A stretch of 64,000 bases of DNA from NCBI GenBank assembly GCA_038087875.1, contig CM075996.1, positions 2,110,001-2,174,000 of the forward strand. Reading direction: 5' to 3'. Below are positions 24,620 through 38,711 of this stretch, in pieces. Source of the stretch: Malacoraja senta (lineage: Eukaryota). How positions within the stretch are numbered: position 1 is the stretch's first letter; the number at the start of each line of letters is the position of its first letter. Position numbers and translations under genes: made by a program. The notes beneath the pieces were generated by a model, which saw only the letters and a list, made by a program, of their open reading frames with translations, was not told the origin of the DNA and did no database searches.

Positions 24620-25290
24620 CATTGCTGGGTTGTGTAGGAGCAAATGAAAAGGCCAAGCGGAGTTGGTGTTGTAGACCAGTCACAGCTGATCTCCTGAGCG
24701 TGCCTTTGATACAGCTTTTACATCCTCAACTGACCAGATTACACAGAAAGTTGATTAACAGTAAAACTAGGTCTTAATTGCAGAGTGGAGGTCATAGAAA
24801 GATTTAACGAGGTCTTGTTTACAGAATAAAATGATTATCCGCAAGTCTAACTCGGTTGACAGTAGATCTAATTTTCTGTCACAATGATGGGAGCACGTGA
24901 GAACATCACCAATAGTTCCTGAAACTTGGGTGTCATTACTGCATTCCACGCCTCTACTTATAGGCTTTGCTGCGGTTCTACGTCAATACATTAGCACAAT
25001 TCACATCCCTATATCCCCACATCCCAGAGCAGTGTTGAACTACCATCCACCTCTCTGGTGACCCTCGGACTATCCTTGATCGGACTTTACTGGCTTTACC
25101 TTTCACTAAACGTTATTCCCTCATCAGGTATCTATACACTGTAAATGGATCGATTGTAATTATGTATTATCTTTCCGCTGACTGGTTTGCACGCAACAAA
25201 AGCTTTTCACTGTACCTCGGTACACGTGGCGAGGTACAGTATTAAGCCTCACTATTTTTCCCCCTACAACAGGTAGGTATGCAGAGAGAT

Positions 25291-25583
25291 GTGGCGCAGA
25301 GGTAGAGTTGCTGCCTTACAGCGATTGCAGCGCCAGAGACCCGGGTTCGATCCCGGCTACGGGTGCTGCCTGTACGTAGTTTGTACGTTCTCCCCGTGAC
25401 CTGCGTGGGTTTTCTCCGAGATCTTCGGTTTCCTCCCACACTCCAAAGACGTACAGGTAGGTAGGTAAATTGGCTTGGTGTGTGTGAAAAAAAAGTTGTA
25501 GTGTAGGACAGTGTTAATGTGCGGGTCGGGGTGGACTCGGTGGGCCGAAGGGCCTGTTTCCACACTGTATCTCTAAACTAAAC
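25291..25583 (+). mobile_element. tRNA-derived V-SINE (HE1-like); further copies at ~15308-15600(-), 26858-27151(-), 30051-30358(-), 36815-37108(+), 40315-40595(-), 41290-41589(-), 53345-53630(-), 58226-58570(+)
   Basis: A box tggcgcag..g, B box gggttcgatcc, central ...gttctccccgtgacctgcgtgggtttt... domain and CR1-like tail gggccgaagggcctgtttcc...ctaaactaaa. Confidence 0.85.
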
Positions 25584-28500
25584 AAAAAATTAGGAAGGAA
25601 CAGTGATTTGTGTCCAAGTTTGATGAGGAATGGATCTTGGTGATAATCCGGATTACAGAAGACCCGTGAGCTCCATTAGCCCTGGTGGCCACGAAAACAC
25701 ATTGACCCCATAGAGATGGGAGCGGGCTACAAATGGTCAATAGTCTTCAACAGCACAAGACTCGGCAATGGAACATTTGGTATCTGCAAGATATCTCTGT
25801 GGCATGCAACCAACATGTTAGAGTTGAATGTTTCCTGTTCCAAGAATCACGGTTTAGAACTTGCAAGTTTGCTCATGTTATGAATATTGCCTAACTCTAC
25901 ATTTGACGTGCATCTCTGTGTGATGCCATATATAGCACTGATGAGAGGAGTCATGGTCGGCGCTTTATATCAAGAAATACAATCCAGAATTTCAGCGAAA
26001 ATGCACCTCATTCCTAATTTAGATTGAGATATATCTGCTTTTTTTTGTCTCTACCCATTTTCACATGGACCTCACCTAATTGCCGTTTATTTATGAAATC
26101 AGTGCACTGAAGAAGGTCATTTGGCACCTTGTGCCTGTTCCAGCTCTTTGTTAAATTAATATTTATTTTCGCTAACCTTGTGAAGACTTTCCCTTCAAGT
26201 ATTTCTATCTAGAATGGGCAAATTTATGCTCTCAAAACTCCAGTGGCTGCAAAGTCTGTTGACATTACTGTCTGGAATTAAATGCATTCAAATATCGATT
26301 TGGGATCAATTTTTAGCTTACTATCTTTTCAGGACATCTATGTTTGTGCCAACTTGTCGTGGATCTTAAGAGGTTGATAAATTCTTGATCCGTATGGGTG
26401 TCAGGGGTTATGGGGAGAAGGCAGGAGAATGGGGTTGAGAAGGAGAGATAGATCAGCCATGATTGAATGGTGGCATAGACTTGATGGGCCGAATGGCTTA
26501 ATTCTGCTCCTAGAACCAATGAACTTATGATGAGGCCCACTGCCAATTTGCAGAGGGACAGGTGTGCTCTAGGTTATGGTGAGGTGTGTTTGTGTGTGTG
26601 TGTGTGTGTCCGTAATCTGATGTGGCTTTTATGTAAACAATTACTGGGTGGATTTGTATAGCAACTGGTACTCACACCCGATGCAATCCTTGCCCGTGTT
26701 TATACCGACCAAGGTTGTTGCTGCCCTTGCTGCCATGTTGTAAACACCATCTCCCCTCATGAAGGCAAATGCATGGGTCCAAAAGTAAAATACTGCAGAT
26801 GCCGCAAATCTGGAATAAAAACAGAAAGTGCAGGATATACTCAACTGGTCTTTTGGTTTAGTTTAGCTTAGAGATGCAGCGCGGAAACAGGCCCTTCGGC
26901 CCACCGAGTCCGCGCCGACCAGTCATCCCCATGCACTAACCTATCCAACACACACTAGGGACAATTTACATTTATACCAAGCCAATTAACCTACAAACCT
27001 GCACGTCTTTTGGAGTGTGGGAGAAAACCGGAGATCTCGGAGAAAACCCACGCAGGTCACGGGGAGCACGTACAAACTCCATACAGACAGCACCTGTAGT
27101 CGGGATCGAACCCGGGCCTGTGGCGCTGTGAGGCAGCAACTCTGCCGCTGCCCATTATGCGTATATATACATATATATATATATATATCGGGTCGCGACC
27201 CATCTTCAGACTGAGAGACCTGAGTCACAGAGAGTGGTGAGTCTGTGGAATTCTCTGCCTCAGAGGGCGGTGGAGGCCGGTTCTCTGGATACTTTCAAGA
27301 GAGAGCTAGATAGAGCTCTTAAAGATAGCGGAGTCAGGGGATATGGGGAGAAGGCAGGAACGGGGTACTGGTTGTGGATGATCAGCCGTGATCACAGTGA
27401 ATGGCGGTGCTGGCTCGAAGGGCCGAATGGCCTACACCTGCACCTATTGTCAATTGAAACGTCACCTATTCCCTTACTCCAGAGATGCTGCCTGTCCCGC
27501 TGAATTACTCCAGCTTTTTGTGTGTATCTTTGTGTTAAACCAGCATCTGCAGTTCATTCCTATATGTATACTGAACTTTAAAAAATATTATTTACAGAGT
27601 ACTATGTTTACATATTCTGTTTTGCTGCTGCAAGTAAGAATTTCATAGTTCGGTTTGGGACATATGTGAACAGACACTCTTGGCACTTGATTAGATGCTC
27701 GCATGGTGCTGGATTGTGGGTATGTCAACACAGAACTTGGGAGTGGCTTCACTCAGAGGGTTTATGTAGACTGGACTGACGTGGTAGTGTGAGTGTAATC
27801 TTGACACACAAACAGTGTGCATGTTTGCTAAAGATTGTTAAGTGAAGCATTTAGACTTTGCTGTTATCCTCAGTTGACATTGTGCAGTTCTGCAGAGAAG
27901 TGTATGGAGAAGTAGTTTGCTGTTGTCTTGTGGTGAGGCGATGATGTCTGAACTAATCGCATCAGATGCGACACACTTTTGCCCCGACATCGCTCGGTGA
28001 ATCACAGATTCCATGAATCTTTTTTGTTTAATCTTCCTTCAATGCTGCAGTACGACTTTTCAGTATCTCTTGAACTTTATCTCAACTTCAGATGTATTTT
28101 AGGCGACAATCTGTTATGCTTGTTGGGCGCAGAGAAGTTTTGAAATGGTTTACGCTACGTTCAGGTCAGGTTCAAGTTCACTGTAGATAGACACAAAGAG
28201 CCACCGATGGATGGCACATGGCTTCAGCTTCAGCCCTGCACTGTCCCGGCTCTCCCCACCGCTGAACCAGCCCCTGTGCTGTGCAGGTGCTGTTTTAAAC
28301 CGAAGGTAGACACCAAAAGTGCTGGAGTAACTCAGCGGGACAGGCAGCATCTGCAGAGAGAAGGAATGGGCGACGTTTTGGGTCGAGACCCTTCTTCAGA
28401 CTCATTTTACTGACAGGTGCGGTCAGCTACAGACAGGTGCGGTCAATAGACAATAGACAATAGGTGCAGGAGTAGGCCATTTGGCCCTTCGAGCCAGCAC

Positions 28501-31500
28501 CGCCATTCAATGTGATCATGGCTGATCATCCCCATTCCTGCCCCGTTCCTGCCTTCTCCCCATATCCCCTGACTCCGCTATTTTTAAGAGAGTCAGGTAC
28601 AGGTACAATCAAAATCTAGCACCACGGGCACATGGACTCGGAAAACATGCAGAGAGCATAAATTGTGGTTCCATCCATTTCACAGGACTGTGGGGACAGC
28701 ACAGACACAGGCCTCCTGGTGTCCTCCTGGTCTGTGCCAATCATCGGCATGCTGGATAAATCCCTATAATCCTTTATTATCCACATATGTCCAATGTCTT
28801 TTCAAAGTCATATTTGTATTCATCTCTATAGCTTCCTCAGGCATCTCATTCTAGATACAGACTATGCTCTGAGTGAAAAGGGTGCCTATCATCTTAAGCT
28901 TGTGCCCTCTAGTTTTAGAATCCTCTACCCTGGGAAAAAGATGGTGAGCGCTCACTGTTTACACGCCCCTCGTGACCCTGTACATCTCACTAAGGTCAAC
29001 ACTCAAGCTCCTACGCTACAAAGAATGAAGACCCAGCCTATCCAACCTCTCTCTGTAACTCCAGCCCACAAGTCCTGGAAACACCAAAGACAGACACAAA
29101 ATGCTGGAGTAACTCAGCGGGACAGACAGCATCTCTGGATAGAAGGCATGAGTGACGTTTTGGGTCAAGACCCTTCTTCAGACTGCGAGTCAGGGGAGAG
29201 GGAGAGACATAGAGATATGGAAGGGCAAGGTGTGAAAACAAGCCATCAAAAGGGACGCAGCTCAAGGAAAATGTAGAAGAGATTGTTAGCTAGAGGAAGG
29301 TGACAACGAAGCATGTAGAGATAAAATTTAATCAAGAGGACAGACAGACTGGTCGAAGAACTAGGCTGGGGGAGGGATGGGGAGAGAGGGAAAGCAAGGG
29401 TTACTTGAAGATAGAGAAGTCCTGGTAACATCCTGGTGAATCTCTCCTGCACCCTTTCCAACTTAATGACATATTTCCTGTAGCTGGGCGACCAGAACTG
29501 TAGGCCATGCTCCAAGTGTTGAGTGCATTGATGGTACCTTTGCAAATCTTGCTCTCAATTATCATTAGACTAGAGCTTTTTTTTACAGATACATCATCAT
29601 TTTTTCTCCTGAACTGAACCTTGGGGAAAGCAGAAGTCTCTCTTCTTGGTAATAGTGTGGTTCATGAACAAAGCACCTTAGCTGATTGGGATCATCAGTA
29701 TCTCAGCTAGCTCGTACCTCAAGAATCCTGTTGTGATCAGCTAATCTATTATTCAGAGCACCCAACACAGCTTGATTCTTGAGGAATGCATGTTTGCAGG
29801 TTCAATGTGGTCGAAAATCTTTTTTAGACAGCAGAAAGATAGCCTAGAAAGATAACACGTCAAACATGAGACTGATTGAACTGATAACACGGGCGGAAAG
29901 CTGAGAGGAACTAAGTTACGGTCTATTCACTTGCCCTAAATTGTCCTTTGTCAGCTGAGGTCTGAGTCCTATCACAGCAGAAAGCAAAATCCTGCCGATG
30001 CTGGAAATCTGAAATAAAGCAGAAATTGCTGGAAATACTCAATGGGTTTAGTGTAGTTTAGTTTAGAGATACAGCGCGGAAACGGGCCCTTCGGCCCACC
30101 AAGTCCGCGCCGACCAGCGATCCCCGCACATTAACACTATCCCACACACACTAAGGACAATTTTACAATCTTACCAAGCCAATTAGCCGACAAACCTGTA
30201 CGCCTTTGGAGTGTGGGAAGAAACCGGAGCACCCGGGGAAAACCCACGCAGGTCACGGGGAGAACGTACAAGCTCTCGACAGACAGCGACCTTAGTCAGG
30301 ATCGAACCCAGGTCTCTGGCGCTGTGAGGCAGCAACTCTACCGCTGCGCCACCGTGCCATCTGACTATACCTGTGGTTAAATGTCACTAAGTTGTTGCCT
30401 GAGCTGTTTTATTGCCTTCTCTGGGGAATGTGTTCACCGACCATAAATGCCAGTCCTGCCAATATTTACTTGCACCTCTGAACCTTGAGCTGCATAAGCC
30501 TTTACCTCTGGGTGTGTGGAGTCACTCCCTTAATCCGATCGGTGGGAAAGTGTCCAGAACTATGGTGCAGCAACATAGACCCACCTTCCTTTCTTTGGCT
30601 CACGCTCCAATAGATTTAGTTTAGTTTACAGACACAGTGCATGAACAGTGAAGGAAGGAACGGCAGATGCTGGTTTATACCAAAGATGGACGCAAAATGC
30701 TGGAGAGGCAGCCTCTCTGGAGAGAAGGAATGGGTGACATTTCGGGGTCGAGACCCTTCTTCAAACTGAAGAAGCGCATTGACAGGCCCACCAAGTCTTT
30801 GCCGACCAGCGATCTCCCTGTGCACTAACACTATCCTACACACACTGGGGACAATCTATAGACAATAGGTGCAGGAGTAGGCCATTCGGCCCTTTGAGCC
30901 ATTCAATGTGATCATGGCTGATCATCCCCAATCAGTACCCCGTTCCTGCCTTCTCCCCATATCCCCTGACTCCGCCATCTTTAAGAGCCCTATCTAGCTC
31001 TCTCTTGAAAGTATCCAGGGAACCGGCCTCCACCGCCCTCTGAGGCAGAGAATTCCACAGACTCGCAACTCTCTGTGAGGAAAAAGTGTTTCTACAATTT
31101 TACAATTGTACAAAATCTACAATTTTACCAAAAACCAATTAACCCACAAACATGACACAGAGAGTGGTGAATCTCTGGAATTCTCTGCCACAGAATGTAG
31201 TTGAGGCCAGTTCATTGGCTATATTTAAGAGGGAGTTAGATGTGGCCCTTGTGGCTAAAGGGATCAGGGGGTATGGAGAGAAGGCAGGTACAGGATACTG
31301 AGTTGGATGATCAGCCATGATCATATTGAATGGCGGTGCAGGCTCGAAGGGCCGAATGGCCTACTCCTGCACCTATTTTCAATGTTTCTATGTACATCTT
31401 TAAAGTGCGGGAGGAAACGGGATCATCCGGAGAAAACCCACGCGGTCACGGGGAGAACTTACAAACTCCGTACAGACAGCACCTGTGGTCAGGATCGAAC

Positions 31501-33487
31501 CTGGGTCTCTGGTGTTGTAAGGCAGCAACTCTACCGCTGCACCACCATGCCTGCCCAATACTCAAGTTCTTGGCCAACACTCAAAACATTATCTGATGAT
31601 GCCACAACCTTAATCTATAAAGATTAAAACTAATCACACATGATCTTGTATTTTAAGAGATGAGACATTAAACTTTCTCGCTAATGTGGTTGCGAAATAT
31701 CCCAAAGGAATATGTCAGTGTAGCATAGGGCTGTTCTGCAGGACAGTGTTAGTTCTCAACAGACTAAACATTGCGATAGTTCCTGAAGAGATTTTACTTT
31801 AGAGATACAATGTGGAAACAGGCCCTTCAGCCCACCGAGTCCGCGCCAACCAGCGATCACACCAGCACTATCCTACACACTAGAAAACATTTTTTTACAG
31901 AAGCCAATTAACCTGCAAACCTGCACGTCTTTGGAGAGTGGGAGCGAAACTCGAGAAAACCCACGTGGTCAGAAGCTTGATGAAGCTTGTCAGAATCTCG
32001 AAGGCTTATCTTTTGTGCATTAGTTTTGCAAGATTGTCAGTCAGAGTTTGCAAACTGATGTCTCTGTATAATCTGAGTTGATCAACCACTCACTGTTGTG
32101 CACTTAATCTGTCCATCTGGAGAAATTAATGGTGTTGAAAAGATGTTGGCAGATGATATTTGACCCTTTTTAATTGAGTGCTATGTTTGTATCTATAGAA
32201 AAAGCATCATAAAACTCCAGCAAAACACAAAGAGCTGGAGGAACTCAGCGATTCAGGTGGCATCATTGGAGGGTTTAAGAAGGAACTGCAGATGCTGGAA
32301 AATCGAGTGTACACAAAAATGCTGGAGAAACTCAGCGGGTGCAGCAGCATCTATGGAGCGAAGGAAATAGGCCAATAAATAATAATAATAATAATAATAA
32401 TCATTTTATTTACTGGCGCCTTTCTAAAACCCAAGGACACCTTACAATGCATAGAATCACAACAAAACAAAAAAAAAACATAATCGGAATAAATTAAATT
32501 TTTTTTTTTTTTTTTTTAAATAAAGAAATAGGCATCATTGGAGGGAATGGACAGATGACGCTTTGGGTCAATCTGAAGGAAGGTCCCGGCCTGAAGGTCC
32601 CGGTCATTTAGTCCCTCCGCAGAAGGGAAGTTCTTCCAGCACTTTGTGATTTTCACTCCAGTTTCGTAGCATCTGCTATTCATTGTGACTCCAGAATAAA
32701 TCTTAAAAATATCTACCCACCTTAGACAGGTACGTGGACAGGGCTGAATGGCCTACTCCTGCACCTATTTTCTTTTTAAACGCAAGCTTGTTTAGTTTAG
32801 TGCCAGTTAACAAATGTTGGAATATAATCTTGTACAAAGACAAACCAACAGGAGTCCATTCCTGCCTCATTGTCGATTTGAATTGAATTGAATTGAATTG
32901 AATAAATGCTATTAGACAAGTATGTATACATACAAGGAATTTGCCTTGGTGCTTTGCTCGCAAGTAACAACACGATATACAGTAAACAATTAAAAAATAA
33001 AACATTATCCTTTAAACATGTGAAGAATGAAATAAAATACCGGAGCAAAAAGAGGCTACAGATTTTTGGATGTTGAGTAGAGCTACTACTCGTGGGGAAA
33101 AAAAGCTTTTCAATGCAATAATAATGAAATGGTGCCTAATTTGGACATCTTTCTTAGGAAGGCATGAAGGAAATGTTGACATCTTTCTTAGGAGGCATTA
33201 AGGAAACCTCTCTGCTCTTTCTGAATGACAATAAAGATCCCCCTAATTATAGATCACTCCCACAAAATTCACCTTACCAAATGTCCCTTCTTCTTTGGAG
33301 TCCATTAGGATTGATCTTGTCCTCGGCTGCTGTCTGTGTAGAGTTTGCAGGTTTCGCCCTGTCACCGCGTGGGTTTCCTCCCACATCTCAAAGACGTGCG
33401 GGCTTGTAGGTTAATTGGCCCCTCTGTAAATTGCCCCCTTAGTGTGTAGGGAGTGGATGAGAAAGTGGGATAACATGGAAATAGCGT

Positions 33488-33625
33488 GGAGTGGGAGATT
33501 GCAACCTTCACGTGGTCCTCCCTGTTTCGACGAATGCAATCAACCTGGCGTGCACAAACAGAAGATCAAACAGAACAAGTTGTCCTACAACTTTAGGCTG
33601 TGCACGCCATACGCAAGAAGAAGAG
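33488..33625 (+). mobile_element. Full-length ribozyme-headed short retroelement (Ingi/Vingi-dependent candidate)
   Basis: TSD ATAGCGT(G) at 33481-33488 and 33626-33633. HDV-like head at 33488-33541 with two P1 mismatches; tail ...gccatacgcaagaagaaga. Confidence 0.75.
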
Positions 33626-34703
33626 ATAGCGTGAAGGGGTGGCCGATGGCCGGCGTGGACCCGGTGGCCTGTTTCCATGCTGTATCTTTTAATCGATCAA
33701 TCTGCACACAACTTGCACGTCTGAGATTGAGCGGGTCAAACGATCCTCAGACTTCCCAACTTTACGATCACGAACCGTCCCAACTTTGCGATCACGAACT
33801 GTCCCACTCCTAATAAAAACAGAACCGCTGAATGGTTACTGGGCAACGTTACTGGGTTTTGAATACTTAAACATATCTACTCACCTTGGACAGGTACATG
33901 GATAGGACAGGTTTAGAGGGATATGGGCCAAATGCAGGCAGGTGGGACTAGCTTAGATGGGACATGTTGGCCGGTGTGGGCAAGTTGGGCCGAAGGGCAT
34001 GTTTCCATGCTGTTTCACTCTATGACTCTTCCACATTGATCCTCTGCTCAGTATTGCTCTCATTGTGTTTACATTTCATCATCCATATCATATCATAGTG
34101 GCCTCATATCTTATTATTAATTATCTGAAAATCATTCCAGAAAATTGAATAAAACAGATACAGAAGCGACCTTTAGCCTATCTGTAAACATACATTTTTA
34201 AGAAACATATTGCTATAGGTAATGATTTATTATTTTCTGAGATGCAAAATAGTGAAAGGTCTGGATAGAGTGAATGTGGAGAGAATGTGTACACTAGTGG
34301 GAGAGTCTAGGGCCAGAGGGCATTGCCTCAGATACAAGTACTTACATTTAGAATGGAAATGCAGAGAAATTTCTTTAGTCAGAAGGTGGTGAACCTGTGG
34401 AATTCATTGCCACAGACGGCTGTGGAGGCCAAGTCATTGGGTATTTTTAAAGCAGGGATTGACAGGTTCTTGATTAGTGCGGGTGTCAAAGGTTGCGGGG
34501 AGAAGGCAGGAGAATGGGGTTGAGTGGGAGAGATAGATCAGCCATGATTGAATGGCGGAGTAGACTTGATGGGATGAATGTACTAATTCTGCTCCTGTCA
34601 CTTATGACCTTATTACCGGGAATGACTCAAAAAGGAAGCCGATATTGTCAGACATAGACCACCCCGTCAAATAGCCATAGGGCCATGCAGATTAGAAACA
34701 GAC

Positions 34704-35191
34704 GAGATAAGACTCCTCCTAGCAGGTAAACCAGATCACTTCCACCTGACGTGGACTGCATTTATAGAATTATTACAAATATAGGGTGCAAAGGTACCTT
34801 TAAAAAAAAATTGAGGTCAGGTAAGGGGGGATGCTAGTTGAAGAGTTGGTATGTCCCATTTGCGTAATGCTCATAAAAATATTTGTTTCTCTCTTTTTCC
34901 TCTTTCTCTTTCTCTTTCTTTCCTAGGGTCTATTTCTTAACTCTTTTTCTTTTGTTTTTAATTTTGCTCTTATAGGGTCTTCGTCCTTTTTTGTTGTCAC
35001 ATTTTCTACACTTTCACTTTTTCCTTCACTTTCTTCTTTCTTTCAATCTTTTCCTTTTCTAGTGTAAAAAATAAATGGAGTACATTAATTGTAAGAAGAC
35101 ATAAATGACGAGTACTAATGTATGTGGTTGTAATGTAATGTACTTCTAATAAATAAAAAATTAAAAAAAATAAAATAAAAAAAATAAAAAA
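34704..35191 (+). mobile_element. Short 5'-truncated L1 with TSD
   Basis: TSD AGAAACAGAC at 34694-34703 and 35192-35201; poly(A); matches the 3' end of the 55-57 kb L1. Confidence 0.9.
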
Positions 35192-38100
35192 AGAAACAGA
35201 CCCTTCGGCCCAACTTGCCCATGCTGACCAACATGTCCCATCTACGTTAGTCCCACCATATCCACGTACCTGTCCAAATGCTTCTTAAACTTGGTGATAG
35301 TACCTGCCTCAACTACCTCCTCCAGCAGCTTGGTGCTGCCATCATGAAGAAGGCACAGGAACCTGAGGCTGTGACTGGGACAGGTTCATGAATGGCTTCT
35401 TCCCTTCAACCCACCCAGGGTTCTTGAACCACCCTGCACTACCCTGACCACAACCCTATCTCAACCACCGAGCTGCTGTGGACTTTGTACGACTGACCTT
35501 CCACTGTGTACTTTGGCTTGCTCCACCATGGTCAGGTTTACCTCAAATATCCCAACAGTTTGCCATGTTGTTGTGCTTAATCTGCCCGTCAAACTGCAGG
35601 AAGAAACAATCTCCCAGCCGTGTTGGAGGGAACTGCAGATGCTGGTTTAAACTGATGGTAGACACAAAATGCTGGAGTAACTCAGCGGGAAGGCAGCATC
35701 GCTGGAGAGAAGGAATGGGTGACGTTTCGGGTCGAGACCCTTCTTCAGACTGGCACGGAACGTCACCCATTCCTTCTCTCCAGAGAAGCTGCCTGTCCCA
35801 CTGGGTTACTCCAGCTTTTTGTGTCAACCTTCGGAATTTCTTAATCCAGCCCTTGTGCAGATGACAAACGAACACTCTTGTCTCTTGACACAGCACGGAA
35901 TTGGTTCTAACCTTATTGTAAAGTCTAAGAAAGAACTGCAGGTGCTGGAAAAATCAAGGATAGACAAAAATGTTGAAGAAACTCAGCGGGTGAGGCAGCA
36001 TCTATGGAGCGAATGAATAGGTAACGTTTCGGGTCGAGATCCTTATTCAGACTCTTCAGACCCTTATTGTAAAGTCAGTAGCTCAAAGGTCTGAAACAGA
36101 ACCCTCTGCTCATTTGTCTTAGAGTCATACAGCGTGAAAAACAGGCCCTTCGGCCCAACTTGACCACACCGGCCAACATGCCCCAGCTACACTAGTCCCA
36201 CCTGCCTGCGCTTGGTCCATATCCCTATCCCTTGGTCCATATCCCATAAACCTATCCTATCCATGTACCTGTCTACATGTTTCTTAAGCGTTGGGATAGT
36301 CCCAGCCTCAACTACCTCCTCTGGCAGCTTGTTCCATACACCCACCACCCTTTGTGTGAAAGGCCTTGTGTCCTTATCACCCACTGCCTGATTGACGGTG
36401 GAGTCTTTGCCTTGTGATTAGTTAAATCACAAGACTAAATCACTTAACTTCCTTGTTTGAGGTTTGAATCTGGGAACAATCCCAGATCAAGATACCATTG
36501 CATGTCAGTGTTAATCTGGTCCCTGAATCACAGCCAGATGATCAGAACTAAATTCCAGGCAATTAACTAACTGGGTTAATGTTTCACCACCTGACATTTT
36601 ATACACAGATTTCTAGATACACAGATAAACTGATTTAATGCCCACATTGGATTAAGTAATATATGAATGGCTCAGAATAGTGGGCAGCGGTAGAGTTGCT
36701 GCCTCACCCCAGTTCTTCCCCAGAGAAGGCAATAAAACAGCTCAGGCAACATCCCGGTGAATCGCTTCTGTACCCTTTCCAACTTAGTGACATATAACCA
36801 CAGGTATAGTCAGATGGCACGGTAGAGCTGCTGCCTCACAGCGCCAGAGACCCCGGGTTCCATCCTGACTAAGGGTGCTGTCTGTACGGAGTTTGTACCT
36901 TCTCCCCCGCGACCTGCGTGGGTTTTCCCCGGGTGCCCCGGTTTCCTCCCACACTCCAAAGACTTGCCAGTTTGTTGGTTAAACTGGCGTTGGTTAAAAT
37001 TTGTAAATTGTCCCCAATGTATGTAGGATAATGCTAGTGCGCGGCGCGGACCCGGTGGGCCGAAGGGCCTGATTTTTGCGCTGTATCTATGAACCTAACT
37101 AAACTAAACCATGGCAGGAATTTTAATTGGGATGTATGGTAAATGGGATGTAAGGTAATATTTAAGGAGATCATATCCCTCAGGGAAACATAGAAACATA
37201 GAAAATGGGTGCAGGAGGAGGCCATTCGGCCCTTCGAGCCAGCACCACCATTCATTGTGATCAATGCTGATCGTCCCCTATCAATAACCCGTGCCTGCCT
37301 TCTCTCCATATCCCTTGACTCCACTAGCCCCTAGAGCTCTATCTAACTCTCGCTTAAATCCATCCAGTGACTTGGCCTCCACTGCCCTCTGTGGCAGGGA
37401 ATTCCACAAATTCACAACTCTCTGGGTGAAAAAGTTTTTTCTCACCTCAGTCTTAAATGACCTCCCCTTTATTCTAAGACTGTGTGGCCCCTGGTTCTGG
37501 ACTCGCCCAACATTGGGAACATTTTTCCTGCATCTAGCTTGTCCAGTCCTTTTATAATTTTATATGTTTCTATAAGAAATAGGAATATCAATAGTTTACG
37601 TTAATTTACATTCCTCTTCCTATGATTTGGTAACATGGGAGGTACTTATCACAACTTTGCCAACTATTAATAAGCAATGGTGACGTTTAATGAGATCATT
37701 TATTTGTATACAGATGTTTGTTTTAGTTTGAGCCACGTGTGGAGTCCAGTGATTCTGTATGTGTGTCTGACTGGCATTCTGTAGTTTAGAGATACAAACA
37801 GGCCCTTCGGCCCACCGAGCCCGCGCCCGGCTCCTACCCCCCCTACACCAGCGCTATCCTACTGGGGGACAATTTACAATTTTTTTAAATTAAAAAAAAT
37901 ATATATATTTTATTAGGAGTAAGTCCAATCATATGGCACCAAGGTGCCTAAATATATATTGACACAATACATTTGATGTACAGCTTCTTATTTTTAAAAA
38001 TTATAATGAGGAAGAAAAAGAGAATAGATTAATTCTAAACGTGAGGTATATAGTGTGTGAAAAAGAAAAAAAAAAGTGAAAGAAGAAAAGTGAAGAAAAG

Positions 38101-38711
38101 AAAATAGAAAGAGAGTAGAAAATAAAAAATAAAAATAAGGAGATGATTATTTATAATCTTGACCATCCCTTGACCATTTATAAACTTGACCAGTCCTGGA
38201 ACAGTTAGCTTCTACACTTGTGTTGCACCATATGCTTCCAAAAAGACGACAAATGGAGACCAACTCGTTAAGAATGACAATTTACAATTTTACTGAAACC
38301 AATTAAATGGGGCGCCGTGACTGACAGCCACGTCCTGTGGACAATCAAATGTCGGGGTCATTTCTGTGGAAAATTCTAGAAGTCTACATCAGCATGGCGT
38401 GTTAGATTAATTCTAAAAATAACTTATGTGGGTTATTGAAGTGCTGGCTGGCTGGTTCCGCGCTGAGGATAGTCAGGGGGTGAGGAGGAAAATTCCCCAC
38501 GCATCATCCTTAAGCAGCATTGACGGACTGTGGTCGGTGGTGGGAGATGCAGTTATTTCCCCTTCGCAGCACCCAACCCCTTCAGTGATCAGTTCTGCAG
38601 AGCAGTGGGCTGAGAAGGGAGGCTAAAGTAGGGCATTTAAAGCTGCAAGGGATCTCTGCATTTCAGATCTGCCCGACGGTCTCGACTGTGCTAGCCAAGG
38701 GTTTTGAATGA

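Noticed and set aside
25291..25360. tRNA gene
   Set aside because: The A/B boxes belong to the tRNA-derived head of a V-SINE that continues into SINE body and tail.
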